Assembly (NCBI GenBank): GCA_021796215.1 | Contig: JAJYOK010000006.1 | Location: 201-64,200 of the forward strand | Length of the DNA: 64,000 nt | DNA from: Bacteroidota bacterium | Lineage (GTDB): Bacteria; Bacteroidota; Ignavibacteria; UBA10030; UBA8401 | Direction: 5' to 3' | Made by a program: the position numbers and the translations under genes | Shown: piece after piece, positions 1-10,577 of the stretch | Layout: each line of letters starts with the position of its first letter | Position numbering within the stretch: position 1 is the stretch's first letter | Notes under the pieces: model-generated | Told to the model about the DNA's origin: nothing | The model's input: the letters and a program-made list of their open reading frames with translations, nothing else | Databases searched by the model: none

Positions 1-1011
1 TAAAATATGTATCTTCTTCGCTCCGATTGCTCTTTTGATGCCGATTTCTTTCGTCCTCTCTTTCACTACCACGTACATTACATTGGCAACGCCGACCCCG
101 GCAATCAGCAGTGTCAGAAATCCGACCGCGCCTAAAAAGATGGTGACACCAAGCGCTACTTTTCTGCTGATCTTCTCCGCTTCAATAAAATCCCCGATAC
201 CGAGCGCCCGCTCATCTTTGGGATCGAAGTGGTATTTTCTTCCAAGAACGCGGTATATCTCCGACTTTACAATTTCCTGAGCATTCGGATTGTTCGGTCG
301 AATGACAATCGAATTCACATACTGATTCCCGTACATTGTTCGGAATGTTGAATACGGGATAATCGCCCGCCGCGAATCGGGTCCGTTATTCATTGACGTT
401 TGAATTTTGCTTTGCATAATTCCGACAACGATAAAGGGAATATTGTCCACTAAAAGCTGTTTGCCAACCGGATTCACCGCGCCGAAAATGTCTTTCGCAA
501 TTTCCGGTCCTAAAAAAATTACGCGCCGTTCCTGACTGACGTCATACTCATTCAGAAATCTTCCGCCGTCTGTGGGGTACATCCGGCGCATTTCCTCGAA
601 GCCGGGATTCACACCCTCACATTCCGTGTTGGCGGAATTTTTCTTGTCAGCCAAAGGATGATCAGCCTCGGGCTGATACGTAAGCGTCACACCGCGGCGG
701 TATTGCGGACTGATCATTTCGATGGCGGGAATCGCTCTGCGCAGCACGTCAACATCTTCTTCCTTCAACCCTATCTCACGCCCTTTCGGCAGCCCTTCAT
801 ACAGTAATCCGGTTTCACCGCCGTACACAATCATAATCCTGTTGCCGGCGTTCATAAGCCCGTTTAACAGTTGGTTTCCTAATCCTTCTCCGAAAGAAAG
901 AAGAAGAACAACGGAAATTGTTCCCCACGTGATTGCAACAAGCGTGAGGATTGCCCGCGTTCGGTGTGCGCGGAGGTCGTGAAAAAATTCTTTTAAAAGC
1001 TCAAGCCACAT
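1..1011 (-). CDS. MacB/FtsX-type ABC transporter permease (3' end runs off the window)
   Basis: Absent from the ORF track because its stop is outside the window. Manual translation from ATG 1011 gives MWLELLKEFFHDLRAHRTRAILTLVAITWGT...GGRFLNEYD...LLIAGVGVANVMYVVVKERTKEIGIKRAIGA, a clear paralog of 1110..2345. Confidence 0.9.
   Translation of the reverse strand, partial: MWLELLKEFFHDLRAHRTRAILTLVAITWGTISVVLLLSFGEGLGNQLLNGLMNAGNRIMIVYGGETGLLYEGLPKGREIGLKEEDVDVLRRAIPAIEMISPQYRRGVTLTYQPEADHPLADKKNSANTECEGVNPGFEEMRRMYPTDGGRFLNEYDVSQERRVIFLGPEIAKDIFGAVNPVGKQLLVDNIPFIVVGIMQSKIQTSMNNGPDSRRAIIPYSTFRTMYGNQYVNSIVIRPNNPNAQEIVKSEIYRVLGRKYHFDPKDERALGIGDFIEAEKISRKVALGVTIFLGAVGFLTLLIAGVGVANVMYVVVKERTKEIGIKRAIGAKKIHIL
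647..676. repeat. 30-bp double-hairpin repeat, in-frame inside the ABC permease
   Basis: TCAGCC-AAA-GGATGA-TCAGCC-TCG-GGCTGA; encodes QPEADHPLAD in the permease frame. Confidence 0.75.
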
Positions 1012-1109
1012 GGTAAGAAAATGAAAAAAGTAACTATGAAAAATTAAAAGCCTAAGAAATTTTCTAAGCGATCACTGCGATCCGTAAAAAAACAAGGGAA
1101 GCACTCTCG

Positions 1110-2345
1110 TTATGTACGAATGCAGTCTACTATGTTCAGAGTTGAAGCACGGCGTGCCGGCATTATTCCTGCAACAAATCCGATGACGGAAAGAACGGAA
1201 ATTGCTACCGCGGCAACCTGAAACGAAAATACCGGCAAACCGACATAGTCTTTAATCGGCAGAAGTTGAAGAACCTGAATAATGCCGAACGCGATTGCAA
1301 ACCCGATTGCTGAGCCGATACCGATGATGAAAAATGTTTCCATAAAAAATTGAAAAAGGATGTTCGATTTTTTCGCACCCACCGCCCGCTTGATGCCGAT
1401 TTCTTTGATTCGTTCCTCCACAACGATGTACATAATATTTGCAACACCGATTCCTCCGACAGCAAGCGTAAAACTGCCAATCAAACCCATGAAAAGATTA
1501 AAGGCGAGGAAGAAATAGAAAATGAATTTGTCGAACTCCGCAGTATCCCAGATGAAAACGGCATCCACATCATTTGGATCGAATCTGTATTTCTTGCTTA
1601 ACGCGCCGCGCACTTCTTTCACGATCTCTTCCGTTCTGGAGGGGTCAAGCGGCTTATAAATAATATCTGTCAAATGTATTGCACCGAAGATTGCTGCATA
1701 CGTTGATGCGGGAATAAAAATGCGGTCCTCATCCTGTGAGTAGTACGAGGCATTCTGTGCTTTCTTCACCATCACCCCGATGACGGTGAACGGCACCTGA
1801 CCGATGTAGATAATCTTGCCGACGGCATCGGACCCTCCGAAAAGAAATTCTTTCACCTTGTCGCCGATAAGCACAACGCGCTTTCGCTCCTTCATATCGG
1901 GATCGTTGAGGAACCTTCCGCCCGGTTCGGCAATAATATTCCGCATTTCCGCATACACCGGATACACTCCCGTGATTGCCGGATTGAGAATATTATTTCC
2001 AAAACGAACCGGCACGCCGTATTTAATATATTCCGGACTGATTGTCTTAACGTCGCGGACCTGCGTGGCAATAAACGCTGCGTCGTCTTCAATGAAACTC
2101 AGTTCCCGCCCGGAATTGAATCCTTGATAGGCTTTCGTCGTTCGTCCGGGGAACATAATTGCAATGCTTTCGCCGATGCCGTGCATATGGATAGCAAGTT
2201 CTTTCTTAAAGCCCATGCTGAACGCTACAAGCACGATGATGGCAACAGTTCCCCACGTGATTCCAAAGATGGTGAGAAATACGCGAAGCTTCTGCGCCCG
2301 CAGGTCAAGAATAAATTCGGATATGATATTGAAAAAATGGCTCAT
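1110..2345 (-). CDS. MacB/FtsX-type ABC transporter permease
   Basis: N-terminal TM, periplasmic domain (GGRFLN), C-terminal GGIGVANIM...ERIKEIGIKRAVGA motif and 3 TMs. Confidence 0.93.
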   Translation of the reverse strand: MSHFFNIISEFILDLRAQKLRVFLTIFGITWGTVAIIVLVAFSMGFKKELAIHMHGIGESIAIMFPGRTTKAYQGFNSGRELSFIEDDAAFIATQVRDVKTISPEYIKYGVPVRFGNNILNPAITGVYPVYAEMRNIIAEPGGRFLNDPDMKERKRVVLIGDKVKEFLFGGSDAVGKIIYIGQVPFTVIGVMVKKAQNASYYSQDEDRIFIPASTYAAIFGAIHLTDIIYKPLDPSRTEEIVKEVRGALSKKYRFDPNDVDAVFIWDTAEFDKFIFYFFLAFNLFMGLIGSFTLAVGGIGVANIMYIVVEERIKEIGIKRAVGAKKSNILFQFFMETFFIIGIGSAIGFAIAFGIIQVLQLLPIKDYVGLPVFSFQVAAVAISVLSVIGFVAGIMPARRASTLNIVDCIRT

Positions 2346-2360
2346 TCTATCTTCCGTTTT

Positions 2361-3452
2361 TCACTCGATCTTTTTCACGGGCTTCTCGAACACCTCGTCC
2401 CCCTCTTTCAATCCTTTTTGCACTTCAATGTTGATCGCATCGCTCAAACCGGTTTTGATCATCCGGTCTTCATTGTTCCCTGTTGCAAGAGCGGCTTTCA
2501 CAAACGCGGAATCGTTGCGGAATGTAACGACGCGTTCAGGGATCATCAGCACATTTACTTTTTTCTGAATGATGATGTTGGCGTTTGCAGAATATCCCGC
2601 GCGCAGAGTCGCGTTGTCTGATTTCGGAATTGCAATCTCAATCGGAAAGACGGTCGCGTTTTCTTTTTTCTCCGCTTTCAGCGAAATCTTCCGGAGCGTT
2701 CCGCGGATCGTATCGTTCGGCAGTGCACCGACCTTGATTTCCGTTTCCATTCCTTCCTTCAGCTTGCCGACATCAATTTCATCCACCGTTCCTTTGAAAA
2801 GCAAACGCTCCATCGAAGCCATTTTCATCAGCACCGTTCCTTCCTGATAGGACGTCAGCGGAGTAACAGGATCGCCGACTTCGACCGCTTTGCTCAACAC
2901 ATATCCGCTGATGGGAGCTTTCACAATGGATTCGATTTGCATGTCGCCGATATTTATCTTTCCGCTTTCGAGAAGCGCAAGCTTTTCTTTCTCCATTTTC
3001 AACCGCAGTACAGCTTCATCGTACTGCCGCTGGAAATCTTCATAATCTTTTTCGGAGATCAGCTTTTTCTGTATCAGTGATTCCTGACGGACTTTTTCTT
3101 TGTTGAGGCTTTCTACTTCGACTTCAGCGAGCTGTGCTTGTCGCTTCGCATCGGCAAGTTCAAGCGGCGCCGGGTCGGGTTTCAATTCGATGAGCGGTTC
3201 TCCTTCCTTTACATACGCGCCCGGCTCTGCATAAATCTTTTTCACAACACCGGATACTTTCGACTTGATTGAAATTTCATTCTCCGGCTCGATCGTTCCG
3301 ACGGCGAGAGCTTTGTCCACAATGGTTCCATGCACGACCTTTATTTTTAAAAGCGTGCTCTCGTCTGAATTTTTAGAATTTCCAAAGAAGAAAAACCCTG
3401 CCGCGGCAAGAGCAACGACGACGACGGAGAAAATGATGATTTTCTTTTTCAT
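2361..3452 (-). CDS. Efflux periplasmic adaptor (MacA/HlyD-family MFP)
   Basis: Start MKKKIIIF preceded by GGAG. Lipoyl halves (IKSKVSGVVKKI...VKEGEPL; IVKAPISGYV), coiled hairpin, and a C-terminal TGLSD...GLKEGD segment. Confidence 0.9.
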   Translation of the reverse strand: MKKKIIIFSVVVVALAAAGFFFFGNSKNSDESTLLKIKVVHGTIVDKALAVGTIEPENEISIKSKVSGVVKKIYAEPGAYVKEGEPLIELKPDPAPLELADAKRQAQLAEVEVESLNKEKVRQESLIQKKLISEKDYEDFQRQYDEAVLRLKMEKEKLALLESGKINIGDMQIESIVKAPISGYVLSKAVEVGDPVTPLTSYQEGTVLMKMASMERLLFKGTVDEIDVGKLKEGMETEIKVGALPNDTIRGTLRKISLKAEKKENATVFPIEIAIPKSDNATLRAGYSANANIIIQKKVNVLMIPERVVTFRNDSAFVKAALATGNNEDRMIKTGLSDAINIEVQKGLKEGDEVFEKPVKKIE

Positions 3453-3636
3453 GATGACTCCAGGAACTAACAATAAGTGAAAAGTGAGACATGCAGCCTG
3501 CACTCCTTACGCTTCATTCCCTGTAAATGTTTCACTGTGCGGAATTTAAACGCAAAGCATTGCAGGCACGAAGTTCATAGTTGCATAAATTCAGTCTATT
3601 CATCATATTCATCAAAATCATACAGAGAAGAATGCC

Positions 3637-4560
3637 ATGTATTCAATGCCATTGCTGCGACGATTGACGTTTCCGAGCCTTCTGCTTGCTTTCGTTTCTC
3701 TTGCGTCTGCCCAGAACATTGTTCGCGTGAAGAACAACGAGAGCGCGGAAGACCAGTACAAATTCTACTTCCATCAGGCGGACGACGAGATGGGACAATT
3801 CCACTTCCGCGAATCTATCGGCAGTTGTGAAGAAGCGCTGAAGTACAAGCCGAACGATTATCTGATTCGCGCAATTGAGTGTCTCAATTATTATGAGATC
3901 GCTGAAAAGCTTGATGTAAAAAAATCGGACGAGAAGGAACAGAAGATCCGCATCTATGATAAGATGGTTGCGATTGCTGATGAAGGAATTCGCTGCGCGC
4001 CGGACAAAGGTGAGTGTTACTTCATGCGCGGTCTAGCAAACGCGCGGATGGCAACAACAAAGGGAATTCTTTCTCAGCTCTTCACAGCAAAAAGCATCGA
4101 AAAGGATTGGCTTGTTGCCGTTGACCGCAAGTCGGATTACACGACGCAGCACGGAGAAAACCTTCAGGCTTCAGCCAATCTTGCGTTGGGTGTGTATTAC
4201 CGGCTTTGTCCAACGTTCTTTTTGCTGAAGTGGATGTTCGGCATCAGCGGCGACCTTGATAAATCCGTTGAATACTGCAAACGTGCGTACGAACTCGATT
4301 CCACGCGGATTGAAACTGTGAAGGAGTACGGCGTCGCTCTTATCACCCGCGGACTCGACAGAAAGAACAACAGCGACATCGAAGCCGGAAAAGCGTTTCT
4401 CCGAAAAGTGCCAACCCTTCCGCTCCGGCTTAACACCGACAAAATAGACATCGCGCACAGTAAAATGCTTCTCAATGATATTTCCCTTTGTCCCGGTTAC
4501 TCACGCGATGAAGAACAGGATGTTTCGGAAGAATCGTTCGAGAAAGAACAGAAAAAGTAA
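3637..4560 (+). CDS. Exported TPR-like alpha-helical protein (RMDN/TatT-like)
   Basis: Signal peptide ([11 protein letters not shown]) and TPR-like helices ([29 protein letters not shown]). Confidence 0.65.
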   Translation: MYSMPLLRRLTFPSLLLAFVSLASAQNIVRVKNNESAEDQYKFYFHQADDEMGQFHFRESIGSCEEALKYKPNDYLIRAIECLNYYEIAEKLDVKKSDEKEQKIRIYDKMVAIADEGIRCAPDKGECYFMRGLANARMATTKGILSQLFTAKSIEKDWLVAVDRKSDYTTQHGENLQASANLALGVYYRLCPTFFLLKWMFGISGDLDKSVEYCKRAYELDSTRIETVKEYGVALITRGLDRKNNSDIEAGKAFLRKVPTLPLRLNTDKIDIAHSKMLLNDISLCPGYSRDEEQDVSEESFEKEQKK

Positions 4561-4564
4561 GGCT

Positions 4565-4597
4565 AACCTTATCGAGGCTCTAAACCTTGACAAGGCT
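4565..4597. repeat. REP-like palindrome doublet AACCTT-N3-(A/G)AGG(C/T)T
   Basis: AACCTTATCGAGGCT and AAACCTTGACAAGGCT; a related perfect copy lies at 10554-10570. Confidence 0.5.
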
Positions 4598-4609
4598 GAA
4601 AGAACTGCA

Positions 4610-6778
4610 ATGGTTTTGAAATTTTTTATACTTACACTCACATTCCTTCCGCTTTTGATGACTGCACAAAGTTGGGACTACGACAAGCATGTCTTCTTCG
4701 ACAACAGCATCACAGACCAATCGTATTTCTACAGCGAAGGCAGTTTTACTGCGCCGAGCGTGCTGGCGCTTGTGAACAACAAACTGCCGGTTGAAACAAA
4801 ACATTTTTTCACGCCGCCGAACGCGCTCCGGCTCGAATGGAAATCCGCTGAAGGCGGAACATGGAGCGCGGCAGTTCTGATCGGCAAATGGCGCAACCGC
4901 GATATTGATTTCATCGGTGACACGCTGTCGTTTTGGTGCTATGCGGAACATGAAATTTCCGGCAGGGCGCTTCCTCTTATTGCGCTTGAAGATATGCTGA
5001 AACACCGGACAAAACAATTTCCGCTGAACGATTTTGTGAATGCTCTGCCGGAAAAAAAATGGATACAAGCTAAAATCCCTCTCGCCGCAGTACATTCCGC
5101 CGATGATTCTGTTGACGTGCATCGTCTTCGTGCAATTCATTTTTCGCAAAACGGGGCGGACGGAATTGCACACACATTGTATCTTGACGAAATTAAAATC
5201 GATGATCATGCCGCAGCGCAAAATGCCCAGCCGCCGAAAGCTCCGTTCAATCTCATTGCTGAAGCGTACGCGCTTCATGTTGACTTACAGTGGCAATCGG
5301 ACACGTCCAACGATATTCAGTTTTTTCAGATTTACCGTTCGTTCGACGGAAAGAATTTTCTGCCGGTTGGAATTCAAAAAGGAAAACTCAGCCGCTATGC
5401 CGATTTTATTGGCGAAACCGGACACCCGGTGTATTACAAAGTAAGCGCGGTGAATTCGTCGTACCGTGGATCGGAATTTTCTTCCGTTGTGAGCGCGGCA
5501 ACACATCCGATGAGCGACGACGAGCTTCTCACAATGGTACAGAAAGCGTGCTTCCGGTACTACTGGGAATCTGCACATCCGGTGTGCGGACTGGCGCTCG
5601 AAAATATTCCCGGCGAAAAAAATCTCGTCGCCATCGGTGCATCGGGATTCGGCATCATGGCGATGGTGGTTGGCATTGACCGCGGATTCATCTCGCGCAA
5701 AGCCGGTGCAGAACGTATGCTGACAATCGTGCGCTTTCTCGAAAAAGCAGACCGGTTTCACGGCACGTTCCCGCATTTTCTCGACGGCAGAACCGGCAAA
5801 GTGATTCCGCTTTTCAGCAAATACGATGACGGCGGCGACCTCGTCGAGACATCGTTTCTTATGGAGGGATTGCTGTCCGCGCGGCAATATTTTTCAAAAG
5901 AAACTCCAACGGAAAAAGAAATCCGTGAAACGATTACACGTTTGTGGAAATCGGTGGAATGGGATTGGTACCGCCAAACACCGAACAGCGATTTTCTTTA
6001 CTGGCACTGGTCGCCAGATTACGGCTGGCACATTCACCATCCATTGATCGGGTGGAACGAAACGATGATCGCATACCTGCTCGCCATCGCATCGCCGACG
6101 CATTCTATCCCGGCAAGCATGTATTACAACGGCTGGGCTTCTCAATCCGACCTTGCGGTGCGGTACCGGCACTGGAGCCAAACAACGGAAGGAGACCATT
6201 ACACGAACGGCAGAACGTATTACGGGATTAAACTTGATGTCGGGGAAGGAACCGGAGGCCCGTTGTTCTTCACGCAGTATTCGTTCATGGGGTTCGATCC
6301 GCACGCGCTGACGGACAAGTACACCAATTATTTTCGGAACAGCAGAAATATTGCGCTCATCAATCACGCGTACTGCGCTGCCAATCCGAAAAATTTTTCC
6401 GGGTACAGCGATAGCTGCTGGGGATTGACGGCGAGCGACGATCCGTGGGGTTATCACGCGCACGATCCGTCCGACCATGCGGACAACGGCACCATTACAC
6501 CAACCGGAGCGCTGGCATCGTTTCCGTATACGCCGGATGAATCAATGAAAGCGCTGAAATATTTTTACTTCTCTCTCGGAGAAAAATTGTGGGGCATCTA
6601 TGGATTCCGCGACGCATTCAACGAAAGCCAAAATTGGGTGGCAGATATTTACATGGGATTGAATCAAGCGCCGATCACGGTGATGATTGAAAACTACCGG
6701 ACGGGATTGATTTGGAAATTGTTCATGTCGAATCCGGAAATTCGGGAGATGGTGAAGAAAATAGAGAAAGAGAAGTGA
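4610..6778 (+). CDS. Glycoamylase-domain (GH144-like, putative beta-1,2-glucanase) exported protein with N-terminal CBM-like and FN3-like modules
   Basis: Motifs [57 protein letters not shown] and [11 protein letters not shown]. Start moved to MVLKFF, which begins a signal peptide. Confidence 0.85.
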   Translation: MVLKFFILTLTFLPLLMTAQSWDYDKHVFFDNSITDQSYFYSEGSFTAPSVLALVNNKLPVETKHFFTPPNALRLEWKSAEGGTWSAAVLIGKWRNRDIDFIGDTLSFWCYAEHEISGRALPLIALEDMLKHRTKQFPLNDFVNALPEKKWIQAKIPLAAVHSADDSVDVHRLRAIHFSQNGADGIAHTLYLDEIKIDDHAAAQNAQPPKAPFNLIAEAYALHVDLQWQSDTSNDIQFFQIYRSFDGKNFLPVGIQKGKLSRYADFIGETGHPVYYKVSAVNSSYRGSEFSSVVSAATHPMSDDELLTMVQKACFRYYWESAHPVCGLALENIPGEKNLVAIGASGFGIMAMVVGIDRGFISRKAGAERMLTIVRFLEKADRFHGTFPHFLDGRTGKVIPLFSKYDDGGDLVETSFLMEGLLSARQYFSKETPTEKEIRETITRLWKSVEWDWYRQTPNSDFLYWHWSPDYGWHIHHPLIGWNETMIAYLLAIASPTHSIPASMYYNGWASQSDLAVRYRHWSQTTEGDHYTNGRTYYGIKLDVGEGTGGPLFFTQYSFMGFDPHALTDKYTNYFRNSRNIALINHAYCAANPKNFSGYSDSCWGLTASDDPWGYHAHDPSDHADNGTITPTGALASFPYTPDESMKALKYFYFSLGEKLWGIYGFRDAFNESQNWVADIYMGLNQAPITVMIENYRTGLIWKLFMSNPEIREMVKKIEKEK

Positions 6779-6855
6779 CCGCTAATCAGCGTTCAGGTGC
6801 ATGGGCATTGTTTCTCTTATTTTCGGCGCGCTACAAGAGAGAATTTACTTTCCGT

Positions 6856-7047
6856 TTACTTATCCCGCTCAAAGATGACCACAATTTCCTGCCGCGCGCC
6901 GCTTATTGATGGAATATCGGCGGTGGCGACTTCCTTGAGAACCCAGCCTTCGGAAGCATAGGCATTGATCGCCGTTTCAAGTTTTTCCGGATCAAACTTC
7001 CCTGAAAAAAATTTATCCTTCTGCGTCAGCACTTTGTATTCCTTCAT
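6856..7047 (-). CDS. DUF4177-family small protein
   Basis: MKEYKV...LETAINAYASEGWVL...IFER pattern with an AAGGAG SD. Confidence 0.8.
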   Translation of the reverse strand: MKEYKVLTQKDKFFSGKFDPEKLETAINAYASEGWVLKEVATADIPSISGARQEIVVIFERDK

Positions 7048-7091
7048 CGTACGACTCCTTGCGTTGTTAATGGAAAAGTTTCACATCGTTC

Positions 7092-7937
7092 TCATTTCTC
7101 AATAATCAAAATCTCGTCAGCAACGCGCCGTTCGCCTGTCTTATCGCTCGGATGATTGACCAGCCCATTATCCTTCGTCCACATTGTTGTCGAGCCGCCG
7201 CCGTCCAGGTTAATTGCGTCCACACATCCCAGGCTTTGCAAATATTTTTGTGCTTCATACAGGCTCATGCCTTCCGCTGTTGCGCTTCTCCCGTCAACAG
7301 CGATAAGCAGCACCGCGTTTTGTGTGAGACAAAGAAATGTTCTCGGATGCCGTTTTTCTGAAAACTGCATGTCGGGTAGTTTCATCGGCTGTGAATTGTG
7401 GATGAGAAGGGGCCCGGAAATCAGCACGGCGTTTTCCTGTTTTGATTCTTCATAAAATTTTTCAGTTTTAGCCGGTTGAATTTCTATATGTGAATCTTTT
7501 GACAGCACGACGGCACCGTTTGCCAGGCTGTCCGGTATCGCCCATTTTCCGGAAGATTTCGTTCTGCTGATAACCGAATCATTGAGTTCAAAGTAGCAGA
7601 CGCTTCCTCCGCTGTCCATATCGAAAAAACTACCGTTGACCGCCGCGACAGCATGATGCTGTTCGGCGATGGAGCTTGTTTTCACTAAAGCAGAATCGCT
7701 GTATGCAAATTCTATATTCAGCCATTTCAGAGATGTATCGGGTATGGTAATAACGTGAATTATCTGACGGCTGTTAAACAACGTATCTGTTTGTATGTTC
7801 GTTAAAGAGAAAAATTTTCCTGTTTCTGACTGCGGAAAATTCCGGGGCGCGGCACTGCAGCTCAACAATATGAGCAGTGTGAGTGCACTGCTTAATGCGT
7901 ATGTTCTCGATTTTCTTGTTACTTCAATATGTAGCAT
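7092..7937 (-). CDS. Phosphodiester glycosidase (NAGPA-like) family protein, probably a lipoprotein
   Basis: AAVNGSFF, RHPRT, VDGR...GMSL, AINLDGGGSTTM; lipobox-like LLSC. Confidence 0.88.
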   Translation of the reverse strand: MLHIEVTRKSRTYALSSALTLLILLSCSAAPRNFPQSETGKFFSLTNIQTDTLFNSRQIIHVITIPDTSLKWLNIEFAYSDSALVKTSSIAEQHHAVAAVNGSFFDMDSGGSVCYFELNDSVISRTKSSGKWAIPDSLANGAVVLSKDSHIEIQPAKTEKFYEESKQENAVLISGPLLIHNSQPMKLPDMQFSEKRHPRTFLCLTQNAVLLIAVDGRSATAEGMSLYEAQKYLQSLGCVDAINLDGGGSTTMWTKDNGLVNHPSDKTGERRVADEILIIEK

Positions 7938-8127
7938 GGTACATGTACAATGTTTGAAAGACGCTTTATGCCGCTTATTTCGTTTTTTCCTGAAACACTT
8001 TCCCCTTTTTGTTCTTTTTTCCGATTCGTTTATACAGGTTGGGTAAATGTGTAAATTTTCCTTTCCACAATCAAGTTGAAAAAGGGCTTATGGCTGTTGG
8101 CGTTGGTAATTGCTCGTTGAATATTGC

Positions 8128-8156
8128 TTGACTGCAATTCTGAAACTGCGTACACT
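8128..8156 (+). promoter_or_regulatory. Sigma70-type promoter for the Y-family polymerase
   Basis: TTGACT-17 bp-TACACT, about 50 bp upstream of the ATG. Confidence 0.6.
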
Positions 8157-8203
8157 ACTGAACGCCTTCACGTGGAAAATTTCTTTTTGGGAAAGCTTGG
8201 CGT

Positions 8204-9484
8204 ATGGCACTGCGATTTCTCTTTGTTGATTTCAATTCCTATTTTGCATCGGTTGAGCAGCAAGTCAGACCCGAACTGCGCGGCAAACCTATCGCCGTTG
8301 TTCCGGTTATGACCGACACAACCTGCTGTATCGCCGCCAGCTACGAAGCGAAGCGCTTCGGCATCAAAACAGGTACGCTTGTCCGCGAGGCAAAGCAGCT
8401 CTGTCCCGAATTGCGCATCGTTGAAGCGCGCCCGCCGCTCTACATCGAATTCCACCATGCGTTGGTTACCGCAGTCGAATCATGCGTTCCTGTTTACCGT
8501 GTTCTCTCGATTGATGAAATGGGATGCGAGCTGATGGGAAGCCAGCAGAAGCGCGAGAATGCAGAGGCGCTTGCCCGGCACATTAAAGAAACAATCGCGC
8601 ACCGCATAGGAACCGAACTTCGCTCTTCCATCGGCATCGCGCCGAATTTATTTCTTTCAAAAACCGCATCCGACATGCAGAAGCCGGATGGCCTCGTCGT
8701 TATCGAAACGAGCGACTTGCCCGATTGCCTCTACCGCCTTGAGTTGAAAGATTTGAGCGGCGTCGGAAGAAAAATGAGCGTTCGGCTGAACCGATTCGGA
8801 ATTTACACGGTGAAAGATCTATGTGAAGCGAACAAAGCGATGCTGAAAACCGTGTGGCGCGGCATTGAAGGGGACCGGATGTATGATAATCTTCGCGGCA
8901 AGGTGATTCGTTCCCCAGAATCTCACCGCGCTTCCATCGGACATTCCCATGTTCTGCCGCCGTCGCTGCGGAATGACGATGCGGCGTTTTCCGTACTGCA
9001 CCGCCTGGTGCAAAAAGCAGCGACACGCCTCCGCAGTTACGGACTCGCGGCAGGCGCACTCCATGTCAGCGTGAACTACAAAGACCGAGACCGCTGGCGC
9101 GAGGAAGCACATTTCAATCCGACGCAAGATGATGTGATTCTGATGCGCGCTCTGGAAATGCTGTGGCGCTCGCGCGGTGAACATTCCTCCGGCCCGATTG
9201 CTGTCGGCATCACGTTGTTCAGGCTCGGAAAAGAACAGGAAAACACGCTGTCGCTCTTCGAAAAAGAAAAAAATAATGCCGCACTCAACAAAGCGCTTGA
9301 TAAACTCAATCAGCGGTACGGCGCTAACACGATCTATTTCGCCGGCGCGTATGCTGCACGCGAAGCCACACCGGCGCGCATCGCATTCACGCACATTCCC
9401 GACGCTGTGGAAATCGGCGCAAGCAGCGAGGCAGCACCGGGTCGAAAAACGAACAGCCGCGCTAAAACATCGCGGCCATTATAG
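8204..9484 (+). CDS. dinB: Y-family DNA polymerase (Pol IV/DinB-like)
   Basis: FVDFNSYFASVE, IAASYEAKRFGIKTG, SIDE, SKTASDMQKPDG, and clamp-binding-like TLSLF. The catalytic acidic residues are intact. Confidence 0.88.
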   Translation: MALRFLFVDFNSYFASVEQQVRPELRGKPIAVVPVMTDTTCCIAASYEAKRFGIKTGTLVREAKQLCPELRIVEARPPLYIEFHHALVTAVESCVPVYRVLSIDEMGCELMGSQQKRENAEALARHIKETIAHRIGTELRSSIGIAPNLFLSKTASDMQKPDGLVVIETSDLPDCLYRLELKDLSGVGRKMSVRLNRFGIYTVKDLCEANKAMLKTVWRGIEGDRMYDNLRGKVIRSPESHRASIGHSHVLPPSLRNDDAAFSVLHRLVQKAATRLRSYGLAAGALHVSVNYKDRDRWREEAHFNPTQDDVILMRALEMLWRSRGEHSSGPIAVGITLFRLGKEQENTLSLFEKEKNNAALNKALDKLNQRYGANTIYFAGAYAAREATPARIAFTHIPDAVEIGASSEAAPGRKTNSRAKTSRPL

Positions 9485-9527
9485 CCGCCGCTTTTTGGTT
9501 AAAAAAATTTTGAACAGTTAATCAATT

Positions 9528-10538
9528 ATGAAGGCAATAGTTCTTCACGAAATCGGCGAGCCGGAAAAACTTCGCTATGAAGATGTTCCCGACCCGAAAC
9601 CGGAAAAAGGTGAGGCGGTTGTTCAATTGCATGCGGCTGCGCTGAACCGCCGCGATGTCTGGATTCGCACCGGAAAATACGCGGGAATTAAATTGCCGAT
9701 TATTCTTGGCTCCGACGGTGCAGGAGAAGTTGCTGCTGTTGGAAGCGAGGAAGACGCATCGTGGATTGGAAAATCTGTCGTTATTAATCCGACATTAGAA
9801 TGGGGAAATGACCCGCGCGCGCAATCGTCGTCGTTTCGCATTCTCGGACTTCCCGATAACGGAACGTACGCACAACGGGTAAAAATTCCCGTAAAAAACA
9901 TTTTCCCAAAACCAAAGGCACTTTCGTTCGAAGAAGCAGCAACAATTCCGCTTGCTTCGGTAACAGCGTACCGCGCGGTGGTAACCCGCGGACAAGTTCA
10001 ATCCGGCGAAACAGTTCTTGTGACCGGAATCGGCGGCGGCGTTGCACTCGCGGCGCTTCAAATTGCAAAATCTCTTGGCGCAAAAGTAATTGTTACATCG
10101 GGAAATGATGAAAAATTAGAGCGCGCACAGACTTTTGGCGCGCACGGCGGTGTGAATTATCACGCGGAAGATTGGGGCGATAAAATTCATTCACTTGCCG
10201 GCAACGCGGGCGTTGATGTTGTTATCGACAGCGTCGGCGGAGAAATGTTCAACAGAGGAATTGACTTATTGAAACCGGGCGGACGCTTTGTTTCGTACGG
10301 TTCAACAACGGGCAATGTCGGCAATCTGATATTGAGGAGAATTTTTTGGAAACAGTTGACGGTGCTCGGTTCAACGATGGGAACGCCGGAAGATTTTTCA
10401 GCGATGCTTCAGTTGTATGAACGAAAAGCAATCCAGCCGGTCATTGATTCGATTATTCCGCTTGAGCATGCAAACGAAGCGCATCGGAAAATGGAGCAGG
10501 CAAATCAATTCGGAAAAATTGTTCTGAAGATTGGGTGA
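9528..10538 (+). CDS. Medium-chain dehydrogenase/NADPH:quinone oxidoreductase family
   Basis: AAALNRRD, ILGSDGAG, VLVTGIGGGVA, GSTMG, GKIVL. Confidence 0.9.
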   Translation: MKAIVLHEIGEPEKLRYEDVPDPKPEKGEAVVQLHAAALNRRDVWIRTGKYAGIKLPIILGSDGAGEVAAVGSEEDASWIGKSVVINPTLEWGNDPRAQSSSFRILGLPDNGTYAQRVKIPVKNIFPKPKALSFEEAATIPLASVTAYRAVVTRGQVQSGETVLVTGIGGGVALAALQIAKSLGAKVIVTSGNDEKLERAQTFGAHGGVNYHAEDWGDKIHSLAGNAGVDVVIDSVGGEMFNRGIDLLKPGGRFVSYGSTTGNVGNLILRRIFWKQLTVLGSTMGTPEDFSAMLQLYERKAIQPVIDSIIPLEHANEAHRKMEQANQFGKIVLKIG

Positions 10539-10553
10539 AGGTTAAAGGTTCAT

Positions 10554-10570
10554 AAACCTTCACAAGGTTT
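10554..10570. repeat. Palindrome AAACCTT-CAC-AAGGTTT between convergent genes
   Basis: Perfect 7-bp stem, same family as 4565-4597; may also act as a terminator. Confidence 0.5.
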
Positions 10571-10577
10571 CATAATG

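Noticed and set aside
8204..9484. ImuB or an imuABC mutasome
   Set aside because: Catalytic residues are intact and there are no imuA or dnaE2 neighbours.
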